A stretch of 64,000 nt of DNA from Octopus vulgaris (Eukaryota), in assembly GCA_951406725.2 (NCBI GenBank), contig OX597814.1, forward strand, positions 213,590,001 to 213,654,000, read 5' to 3'. This document shows, in pieces, positions 12,790-25,426 of the stretch. The notes under the pieces were generated by a model that was not told the origin of the DNA, did no database searches, and saw only the letters and a list, made by a program, of their open reading frames with translations. Within the stretch, counting starts at the first letter, position 1. Each line of letters begins with the position of its first letter. The position numbers were made by a program, and so were the translations under genes.

Positions 12790-13305
12790 CATCTCTTTTC
12801 ACTTTCTCACTCTTAGTATCTCAAGCTTTTTCTTCTTTTTTTTCTCACTCACCTTGTCTCTCTCTCTTACTCTCTTCCTCCCTCTTTCTCCCTTTCCTTC
12901 CCTCTTTATCCTTCTTTTTCTTTCCCCACTCCTCTCTCTCTCTCTCTCTCTCTCCTCCTCCTCTTGCTTTCCCGAAGTCTTTGGTGTTTACCTCACCCTT
13001 AGTCCAAATGTTCGTTCTCCCTTTCCCTCATTCTTATCATACTATTTCTACTTCAATCCAAAATCTTGCTACTGTTTCTTGCTTTCCTTCTTCCTTCCCT
13101 TCATTCTTTCTTTCTTTCTCCCTAGCTTGCTTTCCTTTCTTCTTTCTTTTCTTCTCCTCTCTCTCTCCTCTCTCTCCCTCTTTCTTTCTCTCTCCTCTCT
13201 CTCTCTCTCACACTGTTTGTCTCTCTCCCTCTCTTTCACTCTGTGTCTCTCTCCACTCCTTTTTCCATTCGTTTCTCTCTCTCTCTTTGTCTCTTTCTCT
13301 CTCAT
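12790..13305. repeat. Polypyrimidine (CT-rich) low-complexity tract
   Basis: Strong C/T strand bias, (CT)n runs. Confidence 0.9.
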
Positions 13306-14419
13306 GATTACATAGTCATGAGAAGATTATAATTGTGTAAGCTAGTAACAAATTTTCTTACGTAGTAAAATCAACTTCCTCAAAACCTTGGATATTGTAT
13401 TCGTTATACAAAACCCCTTTCTAAAGACAGACTCAATAATATATGTATGCAAAGCATCTCGTGTTACAGAAACTCGTTTTACAGAATCTTGCACATACGG
13501 AAATTCTAAGATATGATCACTAATTTCGGGATACGTTCTATAATTTCGCACTCCAGAAATTTGGGTAAATAATAGTAATTTTAAATGCAAGCAATGTTTC
13601 AATTGTCACTCGAACGTACGCATTTTCTCTTCAAATTCTCCATTTGTTCGCACACCAGCTCCATGGATCTTAGTCTTTCCACTAATTTTGATCAAACATA
13701 AATTCCTCCCACACACACCTACCCATTTCACCCTTCCTCACCCTTGACTTTCAAAGTGCATTTACGACCCAAGTAATGATACGACTCATTTCCTTAGGAC
13801 GTAGAACATTGCTACTTTCCTTGGCTTCCTATTTCTGGAGGATTACTTGCTTTTTACTGCTTCTGTTGAATTTAACTCTTGATGCATTGGAAACAGTATT
13901 GTATATGACAATAAAAAAAATATCAGCTGAAAGTGAAGGCAGTATTACTGAAAGGGATTTTTTCAAAGAGTTGCGCTGGGATTCAAACATGATGCTTTAG
14001 AAAAGTTTGAAACGGAAAATACAACCATATTGCAAAGTCTACAGTAGGAATAATACACGATAATAAAGAAAAATTTATGCCGTATACTCAAGAAACTACG
14101 ACGTTAGATGCCCAAATTGACGGCTTTTGAGTGTGTGGATTGGCGATTAGATTGGATGTAATGTGCGAATAAACACGATGGTCATACAAGACAAACTTCA
14201 AGGTCTGTAAGGCAATTTCCAAACAGAAAAATGGAAAATTATGCAAAACCATTTTCTTGAAAGTTAAGGCTAGTTTATTTTTAAGAGGTCTCTTAATTTG
14301 TATGCCGTTGAAATTACCAGTGACGCTACCATTGTTGAAACAGTGACGGCCGTTAATTATCTGCTTGTGAAAATTATTACTGAATGAAGATAAGTGTGTG
14401 TGTGAGAGAGTGTATGCGT

Positions 14420-14450
<31 letters not shown>

Positions 14451-14467
14451 GCTGAGAAACCTCAATC

Positions 14468-14513
14468 AAAACTGTCCAACGAACGGTATCGTGAAACTCT
14501 GAGTAGCAGTTTT
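14468..14513 (+). ncRNA. Decayed type I hammerhead-like motif
   Basis: Stem I AAAACTGT/GCAGTTTT, core CCAACGA (2 changes from CUGANGA), stem II ACG-GTAT-CGT, GAAACTC-T-GAGTA; AATAAA and (TA)n follow. Confidence 0.5.
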
Positions 14514-14560
14514 TTTTATGTCTTTGCAGCTTTATTAATAAAACCATATATAAACAAACT

Positions 14561-14659
<99 letters not shown>

Positions 14660-14715
14660 GAGTAGTAAAGTTTTATGAAGCATTGTCTCATATATATAAC
14701 CTTATGATTATAGTT

Positions 14716-14716
<1 letters not shown>

Positions 14717-14780
<64 letters not shown>
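14717..14780. repeat. (GATA)n microsatellite
   Basis: Tandem repeat. Confidence 0.95.
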
Positions 14781-14796
14781 GTGTGTGTGAAATAGA

Positions 14797-15030
14797 AGGC
14801 AGTGCATGGCCTAGTGGTAAGGGTATTGCACTCATGATGCAGTGACCGTGGCTTCAATTCCTGGACCGGGTAGTGCGTTGTGTTCCTGAGCAAAATATTT
14901 CACCTCAGATCGCTCTGCCATCATTTCGAGACCTTACACCGTGCACCTGTTCAAACAACGTCAATTCGATGCATGAAGTAAGCTAATGTACAAACACATA
15001 CAGTTAATTACTATAAACAAATCATTTTGA
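14797..15030 (+). mobile_element. tRNA-derived SINE, family C
   Basis: TGGCCTAGTGGTAAGG..TTCAATTCCTGGACCGG head, TCCTGAGCAA core; similar to 52784-53080. Confidence 0.7.
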
Positions 15031-15631
15031 AGTTTGTTTGGCAAAGAATTTTTGAGCTAGCGAACAGCTGTCGCGTCGCATTCTTTTGAATTTTCTCGGC
15101 GTCTTGAAATCTTGTTGGTGTTTTCAACTGCGAAGGCTGAACCTCGGTTCTTGGGTCGTAGCCATAGACCCACGATCAGTCACCTGTTTTGACCGATTTC
15201 AAAAGCGATGCCGAAATCCTATCTACTCTTTGAGACAACCACACTCTATGCACTTTACTTCAAAGCACTGCCCTAAGCAACGGGAGTGAGTGAGACAGTT
15301 ATAACCAAGTGCGCATGTGCAACAGAGTTCAAGGTCAATCTGTGCCAAGGGTATTCACTCTGTGTACTTTATTTCCGTTACCATCGCAACAGTCCCGATA
15401 CTTTTTGATTATACCTCGTATATGTATGTATTGATGTTTGCTTTCACATCGAATGACAATACAAACAATTTAATAGTAAGCGGACGGATTATTTAATACA
15501 TTTTCTGGAGTAAATATTTATTAAACACTTACGAGAATATTAGCGACAGTGAATTCCAACTTTCGGTTTGCTAAAATCTTGAACTTTCAATTCTCTCTCG
15601 TTATTATCTTGTAAATGTATTATATATATAT

Positions 15632-16145
15632 ATTGATAAAACGGTAAGATAACAAAAGAAAGAAAGAGACCTCAATATTATGTAAATAGAGGAAATTTAT
15701 CTATACAATAATATGTTACTTTACTCGGTAGTCAAGATAAAACTCCGAGTTTCAGATGCCGAAGTGGAAATCCACAACACCATCTCTTGGGTTATCTGGC
15801 TATTTGAAAACATGTGACTAAATTTCTGTTACGTTTTTGGTCCCCTAAAGAAAACAGATAGAACATGCTTTCTATGTTATGTCCCAAGAAGATTTTATAT
15901 ATTTTTATATATTTTTAATGTATTTTTATGTATTTTTATATAATTTTTATGGCGAAAAATGCGAGCGATGTATAAGTACGCAGGCAAGCAGAGTTATAAC
16001 ACAGTAATTTCCCTTTATTTAACGGTATTTTTTCATAGCGTTTTCAAATAGCCAGATAACCGAAGAGATGGTGTTGTGGATTTCCACTTCGGCATCTGAA
16101 ACTCAGAGTTTTATCTTGACTACCGAGTAAAGTAACATATTATTG

Positions 16146-16149
<4 letters not shown>
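15632..16149. mobile_element. (TA)n-flanked element with about 110 bp inverted repeats, each carrying an HHR-like fold
   Basis: 15702-15810 is the reverse complement of 16041-16149; motif AGATAA-CCGAAG-AGATG..CATCT-GAAACTC-A-GAGTT-TTATCT. Confidence 0.7.
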
Positions 16150-16177
<28 letters not shown>

Positions 16178-16477
16178 ATATATATATATATATATATTCA
16201 CACGCATAATACATATAGACATTATACCGAAAAAAGACAAAACGTTTCAATAACTATTATAATTTATAATGGTTATAATGGTTATTGAAAAGTTTTGTCT
16301 TTTTTTTTCGGCATATTTGGCATTATAATTTTTCTTTGCCCCTTATCTTGTAAATTATTTATAAATTTAACCTTTAAAGGTATTTTTTGATATGCTGGCC
16401 ATTGATAAAAAATTTTTCCCGAAAAAAATTTTATCCTACGTTAGTTATATACATTATATATATATATATATATATAT

Positions 16478-17036
16478 TAATCAAAATCAGGGTAGCAAAA
16501 AATTCAAGAGAAATTTTTTCGCCACCAGCGGTCCAGTGAGAAAGAAATAATAGTCAACAGACTATATAATGTACATTCAACAATATTAAGGAATGGCCTT
16601 GATAGGCCATTCGACCCACTAGAAAAAGCAGCTAAACTCAAACCGCTAAGTAGTTGTAATTCAGAAACCAAAGGAAAATAAAAACATTTACCCTTATCAT
16701 ATTTAGACTATGCATAGTTTCGACATACATCTTGGCAAAGCGATCTAATTAAATTAAATTAAATCTATTTGCCACTGGCCTGTCTCGTCAGCAAAGAAGC
16801 CAGGGAAATATATATCCACTTGGCGACAGCATCGACGCCTTGAGAATATATATTCTGAATTTTCAAAATCTACCGTCACCGCGCCAACTTATTAGCAGCA
16901 AATATAAACTGCTGATTTAATTTCAGAATTAGTCAAAAAATCATTAATTAATCAATATCCAAAGATGATAATGGTAAATCTTTTTATTTTCCTTTGGTTT
17001 CTGAATTACAACTACTTAGCGGTTTGAGTTTAGCTG

Positions 17037-17037
<1 letters not shown>
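16478..17037 (-). mobile_element. (TA)n-flanked Penelope-like pLTR remnant with inverted partial repeat
   Basis: Inverted repeat 16629-16692 / 16973-17036 around a canonical HHR. Confidence 0.65.
16702..16795 (-). ncRNA. Type I hammerhead ribozyme motif
   Basis: Minus strand: TTTG-CTGACGA-GACA..TGGCAAA..TTTGCCA..TGTC-GAAAC-TATGCATA-GTC-TAAA; palindromic stem III ACTATGCATAGT. Confidence 0.75.
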
Positions 17038-17090
<53 letters not shown>

Positions 17091-17662
17091 TACATATGTG
17101 GGTGGAAAATTCTGTCTTTGGGTGTGTTTGTGGAGTTGTTAGCTAACTCCTCCTACATCGTTTTATCGATTCTGATTAAACTTTACACGTGAGTAGAACT
17201 CATGTCTGGAAACCTCATGGCATACTCAGATTGTTGAAAAATTGTTGAAACAATGCTTATTTCTTTGCATTTGAACTGTTAGTGTTATTCTCGCAATTTA
17301 TCCAGTACAACCCTTGAACAAGTAAATAGTATTTTCCTAAATAATAAATCCACTTATTTCGGTTAGTGACTTATTCACGAATATACCAACACTAGCGTCA
17401 CTAAGAGTAATATTCTCTGGGAACGCGCAAAACCCCTTTCAGAGTTATTTACTTTGAATTGTTATCTTATATCTGATTAGCCTGTTATTACGTAACATGC
17501 TTCGCGATTTTAGCACACATACCTTGTTAGTACTTTCTCCTAAGGTCTATATACTCTGGGAACGCATTAAATACTTTTTCAGGGCTAAATATTTTTGTAT
17601 TGTTGAGAACGGAACCAAGGGATCATTCCCGCTTTCCTGAGAATTACCGTGTACGTCAGCTA

Positions 17663-17707
<45 letters not shown>

Positions 17708-17712
<5 letters not shown>

Positions 17713-17850
17713 GAGAGTTCACGAAAACACAAAAGTCGAAGACAGGTGGTGTACAAAGCAAACAGATGTATTAGTATAAGGCTCAAGAATAGAAAAAGTC
17801 TTTTACGTTTCGAGCCTACGCTCTTCTACAGAAAGGGACACAGAAAAAAG
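17708..17850 (-). mobile_element. Minimal-HHR family element
   Basis: Minus: CTTT-CTGTAGA-A-GAGC-GTAG-GCTC-GAAAC-GTA-AAAG (17800-17835); ends at (TA)n. Confidence 0.75.
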
Positions 17851-17877
17851 TTATATATATATATATATATATGTACA

Positions 17878-17878
17878 G

Positions 17879-17965
<87 letters not shown>
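17878..17965. repeat. (GATA)n microsatellite
   Basis: Tandem repeat. Confidence 0.95.
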
Positions 17966-17966
<1 letters not shown>

Positions 17967-18650
17967 GTATACATATATATACATCGTAATATAAGAGGGG
18001 TAAAATATAAGGTATCTATTAAGTATTGCACGCATTACCTGAAATAGAAATCGGTGCACTGGGTAGACTGAATAAATATCTTCATTACATCACAATTTGA
18101 TATTCTACTCAGGTTTTCATACCACACTAGGTTGCTGAAGAATGTCGTGAACAGTCCATCCCAGTGGGTAACTCTGAAGGACCTCTCCAACGTTGACATA
18201 AACATATATCCACTCAATATAGTGAATTCAGTTTTACGTCAGATAATGTTCTAACTAATTAGAATGCATACTTGATAATTTACAACTTTTATATTACCTG
18301 GTGTGTGTGTGTGTATGTTTGCGAATGCGCATGTGTTTCGGTGAAGTATTCAGTGACGTTATGTGAAACGTGAATTGAAATTAAAGCAATTACAGCATGG
18401 AAGATATACATTAGCAATTCAGAAGTATAATAGCTGTTAATTTCGCTTAATCATTTATTATTTGGTGTCCAAATTTTTCGTCGCATTATCTGCGACCTGC
18501 TTGCTGATGCACTTCAACTGTAAGCAAGAACAGTGTCGGTGAAGAGACTGCAGATAGGACGTTGAAAATTTGACACCAAATAATAAATGATTAAGTAAAT
18601 GTGACGGTTTTTGCGAAAATCTGTTCAGATCTTTACATTAGTTTACGACT

Positions 18651-18689
18651 GTCCTAATGAACCTTGCCGGGGTGAAACTCTGAGTAGAC
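18651..18689 (+). ncRNA. Decayed type I hammerhead-like motif (G5>A)
   Basis: GTC-CTAATGA-ACCTT-GCC-GGGGT-GAAACTC-T-GAGTA-GAC. Confidence 0.5.
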
Positions 18690-18762
18690 TTTCGAGTACG
18701 TGTGTGCGTGTACGTATGGGCGCGCTGTATGTTATATATATTTTTTTTTTCTACGAGCAGAT

Positions 18763-18955
18763 CTGATTTTGATTCGTTAAAAAATTGATGACGTTTTTCT
18801 TCCGCGGTCAAGCTTGTCGTTCTGCTTGGTTGGTTTCCTTACAGGATACAGTTATGGGTCAGAGCTGATTTTGATTCGTTAAAAAATTGATGACGTTTTT
18901 CTTCCGCGGTCAAGCTTGTCGTTCTACTTGGTTGGTTTCCTTACAGGATACAGTT
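18763..18955. repeat. Tandem duplication, about 102 bp period
   Basis: CTGATTTTGATTCG...GGATACAGTT at 18763-18853 and 18865-18955, one mismatch. Confidence 0.93.
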
Positions 18956-19396
18956 GGGGGTCTTTACCTTGTATTCGTTGAAGTTTGGTTTTGATTGGTT
19001 TGGAATTATGTGACGTCAGTGAACAGTGCCAGTGAACCCACCACTTTTTGCTGCTACGATCAACAGTCAACCCCAACCACCAATGTTGCCAAAATTACGA
19101 CCAACTACTACGACCAAAAATCACTACTGTTGCTACCATTGGAACACAAAGTAACAAAAAAGCGGTTCCTTTTAATACCAGCAAGAAACAATAACGGACT
19201 TCTTCAATACACTCAACAGGAATATAGCGATTAACAGTAAGAAACGATTATGAACTTTTCAATTTTCACTTTGTATAATATTTTTGATAAGGTTCGAGAC
19301 CAGTTAGAATTTCTCCATTAAGGTTCGAGACCGATTATGAATTTCTCCATTACACTTTTCTTCTCCATTACACTTTTTATGATATTTTTCAATAAT

Positions 19397-19441
19397 ATTT
19401 TTGATAAGGTTCGTTTTTTCAAGAACCGAAACATGTAAAAT
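19397..19441 (+). ncRNA. Type I hammerhead motif with compensatory U3-A8 core
   Basis: ATTT-TTGATAA-GGTTC-(10 nt)-GAACC-GAAAC-AT-GTA-AAAT. Confidence 0.65.
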
Positions 19442-19495
19442 TCATAAGAAAATTAAAATTTATCTAATATAGTGGCGTTTTCAAACTTCTTTTTT

Positions 19496-19569
<74 letters not shown>

Positions 19570-21509
19570 GTATGTATATATGATACACACTTTTTAGTTC
19601 AAATGTGCATCATTAAAAGTTTATGTCTCTCTCTCTCTCTTCCTTTACATTTCTCTCCCCCCTCCATTCTCTCTCTCTCTCTCTCTCTTTGTTTTTCTGT
19701 CACATGACCTTTTAAAGTATCACATTCCACATGGATGAATGTGTTATTTTTTATGCAGCAATGTGTATTTACAAACCTAAGCGCTATGTTAGTCTTGTTC
19801 AGTGTATTCAAATCAATCATTTTTTCATGTATAATTTTGGGCGTATATATGTGGGCATCTGTGTGTAAGGGTGCAGGTGCATTTGAACAGATGTATACCT
19901 TCAAGAACACATAACAGTACTAAAGAAGAGAAATGTTTTCTGTCGAGATCCTACATCTGCTTGGAAAGTATTTTAACTTTAGTGAATCAAAATCGATGGG
20001 AATAAAAGTAGAAACTAATACCGCATCATTAATCTCATCTTACTTCGTTTCGTGCCTTAAATTACTAAATATACACAACAATTTTCCTGTATTATTTACA
20101 AAGAAAAGAAAATAATAAATAATTTAATAATAAACAAAATTTCGCAAAATTCTCTCGGCTCGCTGTCAAAAGAGAAACACACTAATGGCTAAGCGCATGA
20201 AATATAATAGCAGCACCCTTAAGTGAGAGCTCTTAATGATGTTAGGAAAGCAAACAAATATCAAATGACACCATTGTTTCAAAATCAATTTATGGAGCTA
20301 AATTTTTGGAATAGTGTGCTCAAACGAATACGCTTGGATTTGAACACCTTTCATTTATCACTCTGAATTTGTTCCAAAACATTTATGAGTCTGAATGTGT
20401 TCCAATATCGTAAAGGATATTCGAAGTATAGGTCAACATTCGGTATTCCCGCTTCTGAATATCAGAACTTCGATCACTCAACAAAAAGAAATCGATAGTT
20501 TTTAACTTGTTTTTGCTTTGTTCGTTTAATTTTGTATCCTTCATATATTTACTTCATGTATTACATTCACAAGTGGGATGCTTTAAGAAGATACAGCGTC
20601 GCTATTCATAAAGTGTATTATTCCTAGTACAACTAAAATTCTGAGGGAGACGTGAAAATAACGATGCGATCCTACAATACAAGCATTAATGTTTTGTAGT
20701 TGCACAGCTAGTTTAACAAGGCCATAAGTGTTATCGACCTCTCGTCTAATCCCAATGTCATTCCTTTATCGTAAACTGTCGAATCTTCGGCTATTTATTC
20801 GTTATCGATTCAATACCAAATCGCTTATCTGCAGCATTCAATGTCACCACATCCAATTATTTCTATGAACTAAAAATTAAATACCTATCTAATAACAAAT
20901 CACTATGAAGTAATTGCCCATGTTATGGATAATGGTGTTGGTTTTAATGTCATTCTTCTTTTTATAGAATACTAATCTTCCATTTGTTTTCTTATGCCAA
21001 AAATATTCTAGACGGCCAATCATTGTAAGCTTCCAGCGAACGATTTCTAATTATATTGTCCCGCAGAAATGATTCTTTCAGTAATTTCGGCCATAAATTT
21101 AGTAAGAGAAATTTTACTTTCCCGAATACTATTTTCAAGAATATTCTTCCATGTTTCCTGAAATAATTGAATTCTACAGTATTATTTTTTTGTTGGGAAG
21201 TCTTTCTGTTTTTCAATAATCCAACGACTGATGCGAAAATGATTTTCCATTAACTAGTGGTTTAAATTGGGAATCCTAACTTCTATTTCACACGACACGC
21301 AAAAACACGTACACACGCATAAAATCAGTGACGAAGGAAGAGGAAATTATGCAATGAAATTCCTTAGCTCACAGATGTTTCTGCTATGAGATGCAGTGTA
21401 CTCAGAACCGAGTGCTTATGCTTCACCTCCTAGCTTCCTCAGAAATTCTAAAATGAAATGCAACTTGATTTGGGATAGCATTTATGTATATAGAAAAAAT
21501 ATATATACA

Positions 21510-21543
<34 letters not shown>

Positions 21544-21752
21544 CATCGATGATCTGGCTATATCTTCGATCATAGGGAGCTGTTCCCCCTTGTTAGTTCA
21601 TGAGAATAGTGCTTTTTATTGGCTATTGAGTTGTTTTGACTCTTATTTCTAGCAATATTGGTGCTGATTAGTGCCTTTGTTCACCTTAGTGACGTATGTA
21701 TTTTTGCCTTTAGGTTGTAAAATTGCGAATTAGCTACCCATATTATTTATAA

Positions 21753-21804
<52 letters not shown>

Positions 21805-21966
21805 GGATAGCCTTCTTTGCGTATTTATGGATACATATGTGCATTTATATATTTATATATGTAGTTATATAAGTGAGTGTGCGTATATAATTATATGAAA
21901 AATTGAAAGACCACACTCTCATAAACACGTGTGCGTATACAACATGTGTGCTCATGTACGTGCGTG

Positions 21967-22001
<35 letters not shown>

Positions 22002-22619
22002 TTTTTCTTTTGTTCTGCGTGTGGATGAATATGAACTCGTATTCGACACTGAACGCAAAAAATAATTGTTCTCGTTCATTATGTAGATTACGATCGATTT
22101 GATAAATTGGAAAAAAAATTATCTTGAAAAAAAAATCAATGCTAAATGTTTATTGCATGCTTTCCAGTAGAAGATTCGAAAAGCATAACGTCGAGTATAC
22201 GATCGACATAAAAGAAATGAACCTAAAAATATCATCTAACACGAATCTAAAGGAAAAGAAAATCACTTCTAAAGTATTATCAGTTATTTCTGCCAACTAC
22301 AGAGCATCACAACAGGCTTTTGCTTCATCCTCAAATTTTCCTACTTGAATTTTCCAGGAACGTTCTCAAGTTTGTCTTTATTAAATAACTCATAATAATG
22401 ATAAAAACGTATAAGATAGAGTAATACCAAGGTGAATCACTAACACACGCCATTCTCACATACACATACACACTTGCCCACCTTCTTTTCTTGAAATCAC
22501 TAGCACTTTATTATCTCCCTTTTATTCAATCTACCTTCTTTTTATCCTTTTCTTCCTTTCTTTCAGCCTCTTTTTTTCCTCAATCGCTCGCCAGGCTGGA
22601 CCGTTAAGATCTACAAGTA

Positions 22620-22802
22620 TTTTTTTGTTTTGTTTTGTGTTTTCTTCATTCCTTCTCTGTTTATTTCCTTTTCTTCCTTTCTATTCCAGAGCGTAGGATC
22701 GAAAAGTAAAAAAACTTTTTCATTTTTTCCTAGCGTCAAACTAATATACTTGTTTGTTGTTCATACACCTGTCTTCATTTTTTGTTTTTCTATAAATTTC
22801 AG

Positions 22803-22805
<3 letters not shown>
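22620..22805 (+). mobile_element. Diverged minimal-HHR family element
   Basis: GAGCGTAGGATCGAAAAGTAAAA..CTAGCGTCAAACTAATA..CACCTGTCTTC, ends at (TA)n. Confidence 0.6.
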
Positions 22806-22851
<46 letters not shown>

Positions 22852-23118
22852 GCTTATACGTGCCGCAATGCGTGCATTGCATTAAACAGTACAATAGATT
22901 ACTTAGTTGCCCATTACAATGCAACATAACCAATATAGATTTTTCAAATGGCATACGTCTGACTATTATCTGAAAAATTAAGATTTGAAAAATCCGTGCA
23001 GATATGGTCGATTAATTTATCCGTTATACTCTTCAACGCACATGTATTCGACAATGGTATTGATTTCCCTTTGCACTTGTGTACCTTTATACATGCATAT
23101 ATACATAATATGTGCGTT

Positions 23119-23161
<43 letters not shown>

Positions 23162-23782
23162 AGAAAGAGAGAGAGATTTAGCTGTCTAACGATAATTTTC
23201 GTAGACTCAAATGTAATTTCATTTCCTTTCTCAAGAAATTCAGTAAAACTACCAGGTGCAACACTATTCATTCGATTTATATGCAAAAGAAGAGAAAATT
23301 TACAACAGCATATGCAAAAATTCTATGGACAGCTAAAGTCTATTTATATCACTTTGCAACACGTTTTAATGATTTCGTTTTTTGATTTTTGATTTATCCT
23401 TATAAATAACTTCATCGTTTTGTAGAAGCTTCGTTTCTACAACTTCCTGATCTCTGTGTCTTTCCCCTCTCTTTTATCTCTCTCTCTCTCTTCCCCTTCT
23501 CTCTTATTTCTCTCCATTTTTGTCCACCTTTTACCACCTACGAATCTACATCCTATTCACCTTTACTTTTGTTGTTCTTGAATCTTCACTTACCTTGTCC
23601 TGCAGTTGCAGGATGAATGTGGGCGTGCGAACGCATTCGGAATGCCTGTTTTGTCCCTTCCTGATAGCCACATCTTCGTAGTTTCCGTTTCAGCTGTGCA
23701 TAATACGTCTTACATCCTTTATAGTGTTTACAGATACATCGAACAACAGTCACGATGTCAGCATTTTGATAGCTGACACGAA

Positions 23783-24162
23783 GGGAAGCACTCCGTCGGT
23801 TACGACGATGAGGGTTCCGGTTGATCCGAATCAACGGAACAGCCTGCTCGTGAAATTAACGTGTAAGTGGCTGAGCACTCCACAGGCACGTGCACCCTTA
23901 ACGTAGTTCTCGAGGATATTCAGCGTGACACAGAGAGTGACAAAGCCGGCCCCTTGAAATACAGGTACAACAGAAACAGGAAGTAAGAGAAAGTTGTGGT
24001 GAAAGAGTACAGCAGGGATCACCACCATTCCCTGCCGGTGCCTCGTGGAGCTTTTAGGTGTTTTCGCTCAATAAACACTCACAACGCCCGGTCTGGGAAT
24101 CGAAACCGCGATCCTATGACCGCGAGTCCGCTGCCCTAACCACTGGGCCATTGCGCCTCCAC
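23783..24162 (-). mobile_element. tRNA-derived SINE, family B, with 12 bp TSD
   Basis: Head GGAGGCGCAATGGCCCAGTGGTTAGGG..GGTTTCGATTCCC; TSD AGCTGACACGAA at 23771-23782 and 24163-24174. Confidence 0.9.
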
Positions 24163-24396
24163 AGCTGACACGAATCATCATAACACAAGTAACTCTTTTC
24201 CAATATTCAGATGATTTTTAATCCTCCACATGAGCAAGCTTTTCTCAAATATAACTTTAATTTTTATGCCCTCCAACGTCGTTGACTGTTCCCCCAATGC
24301 ATTGAGCTGTTCCTAAAAAGAGGGAGCCATAAAAATTCGTTAAATCTGAGACCAAACACTCCGTTTATAAAGAAAACTTACGAAGAGTATACACAT

Positions 24397-24564
24397 ATAG
24401 GCGCAGGAATAGCTGTGTGGTAAGTAGCTTGCTAACCAACCACATGGTTCCGGGTTCAGTCCCACTGCGTGGCATCTTGGGCAAGTGTCTTCTGCTATAG
24501 CCCCGGGCCGACCAATGCCTTGTGAGTGGATTTGGTAGACGGAAACTGAAAGAAGCCTGTCGTA

Positions 24565-24631
<67 letters not shown>

Positions 24632-24840
24632 ATGTGTTTGTGTGTCTGTGTTTGTCCCCCTAGCATTACTTGACAACCGATGCTGGTGTGTTTACGTCCC
24701 CGTCACATAGCGGTTTGGCAAAAGAGACCGATAGAATAAGTACTGGGCTTACAAAGAATAAGTCCCGGGGTCGAGTTGCTCGACTAAAGGCGGTGCTCCA
24801 GCATGGCCGCAGTCAAATGACTGAAACAAGTAAAAGAGTA
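24397..24840 (+). mobile_element. tRNA-derived SINE, family A (full length)
   Basis: Complete copy. Confidence 0.92.
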
Positions 24841-25032
24841 TATATGTATAGATGTATAATTTTGGTTTCATTATTTTTATATTTATGTTTATATTGGTTA
24901 TAGTCTATACTTCCTTTTCTCTTTATGTGAATGTGTTTATATATTACTTGTTTTTTCATTCCTTTATATATGCATCATTGTTACATATCCGTTAGCATTC
25001 ACTGTTTTCGTAAGTTTGACTTTATAAGATCA

Positions 25033-25426
25033 CTAGCAGTATCACCCGGCGTTGCTCAGGTTTGTTTCGACCTTTTAGAATTGGAATTTTTGAAAAGTAA
25101 AAATTTTCCCATTATGTAGCTTGTTATTCTCTTTAAGTGAACGTTTTTATGGTTGAAATACACGGAAAAATGGCGAAACAGCAGTCAAAAGATCGTAAAA
25201 AATAGAGATTTTCATAGAAAAAAAAGCACGTTTTTGATGTAAATGAGTTTTGTTGTTAACATGGTCCGATTTGAATTTTTTCGTCTACAGAATGCAGAGC
25301 AAGCCTTCTTCTATCATACTCTCAAATTTGGTCAACTTGTGCCGCAGGGTCTCGGAGGAGATAGTGTTAGTTGAAGGCTACCAAACCTGCCATACACAGA
25401 CAACTTCAGCTTTATATATAAAGAGA
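25033..25426 (-). mobile_element. Non-autonomous Helitron-like element
   Basis: Minus strand starts TC(TCTTTATATATAAAG), ends in a GC-rich hairpin + CTAG, inserted between A and T. Confidence 0.7.

Noticed and set aside
12786-13315. Ser/Leu/Phe-rich and Arg/Glu-rich ORFs
   Set aside because: Low-complexity CT tract
15060-15290. GC-richer block with a minus-strand ATG (MATTQEPRFSLRS)
   Set aside because: Early stop, no recognisable domain or splice evidence; possibly an old LINE 5' end
18129-18161. GGTTG-CTGAAGA-ATGTCGT-GAAC-AGTC-CATCC
   Set aside because: Lacks one A of GAAA and has a 2 bp stem II; could be chance
24085-24162. tRNA-like heads of SINEs as tRNA genes
   Set aside because: They continue into SINE bodies with TSDs and have imperfect cloverleafs
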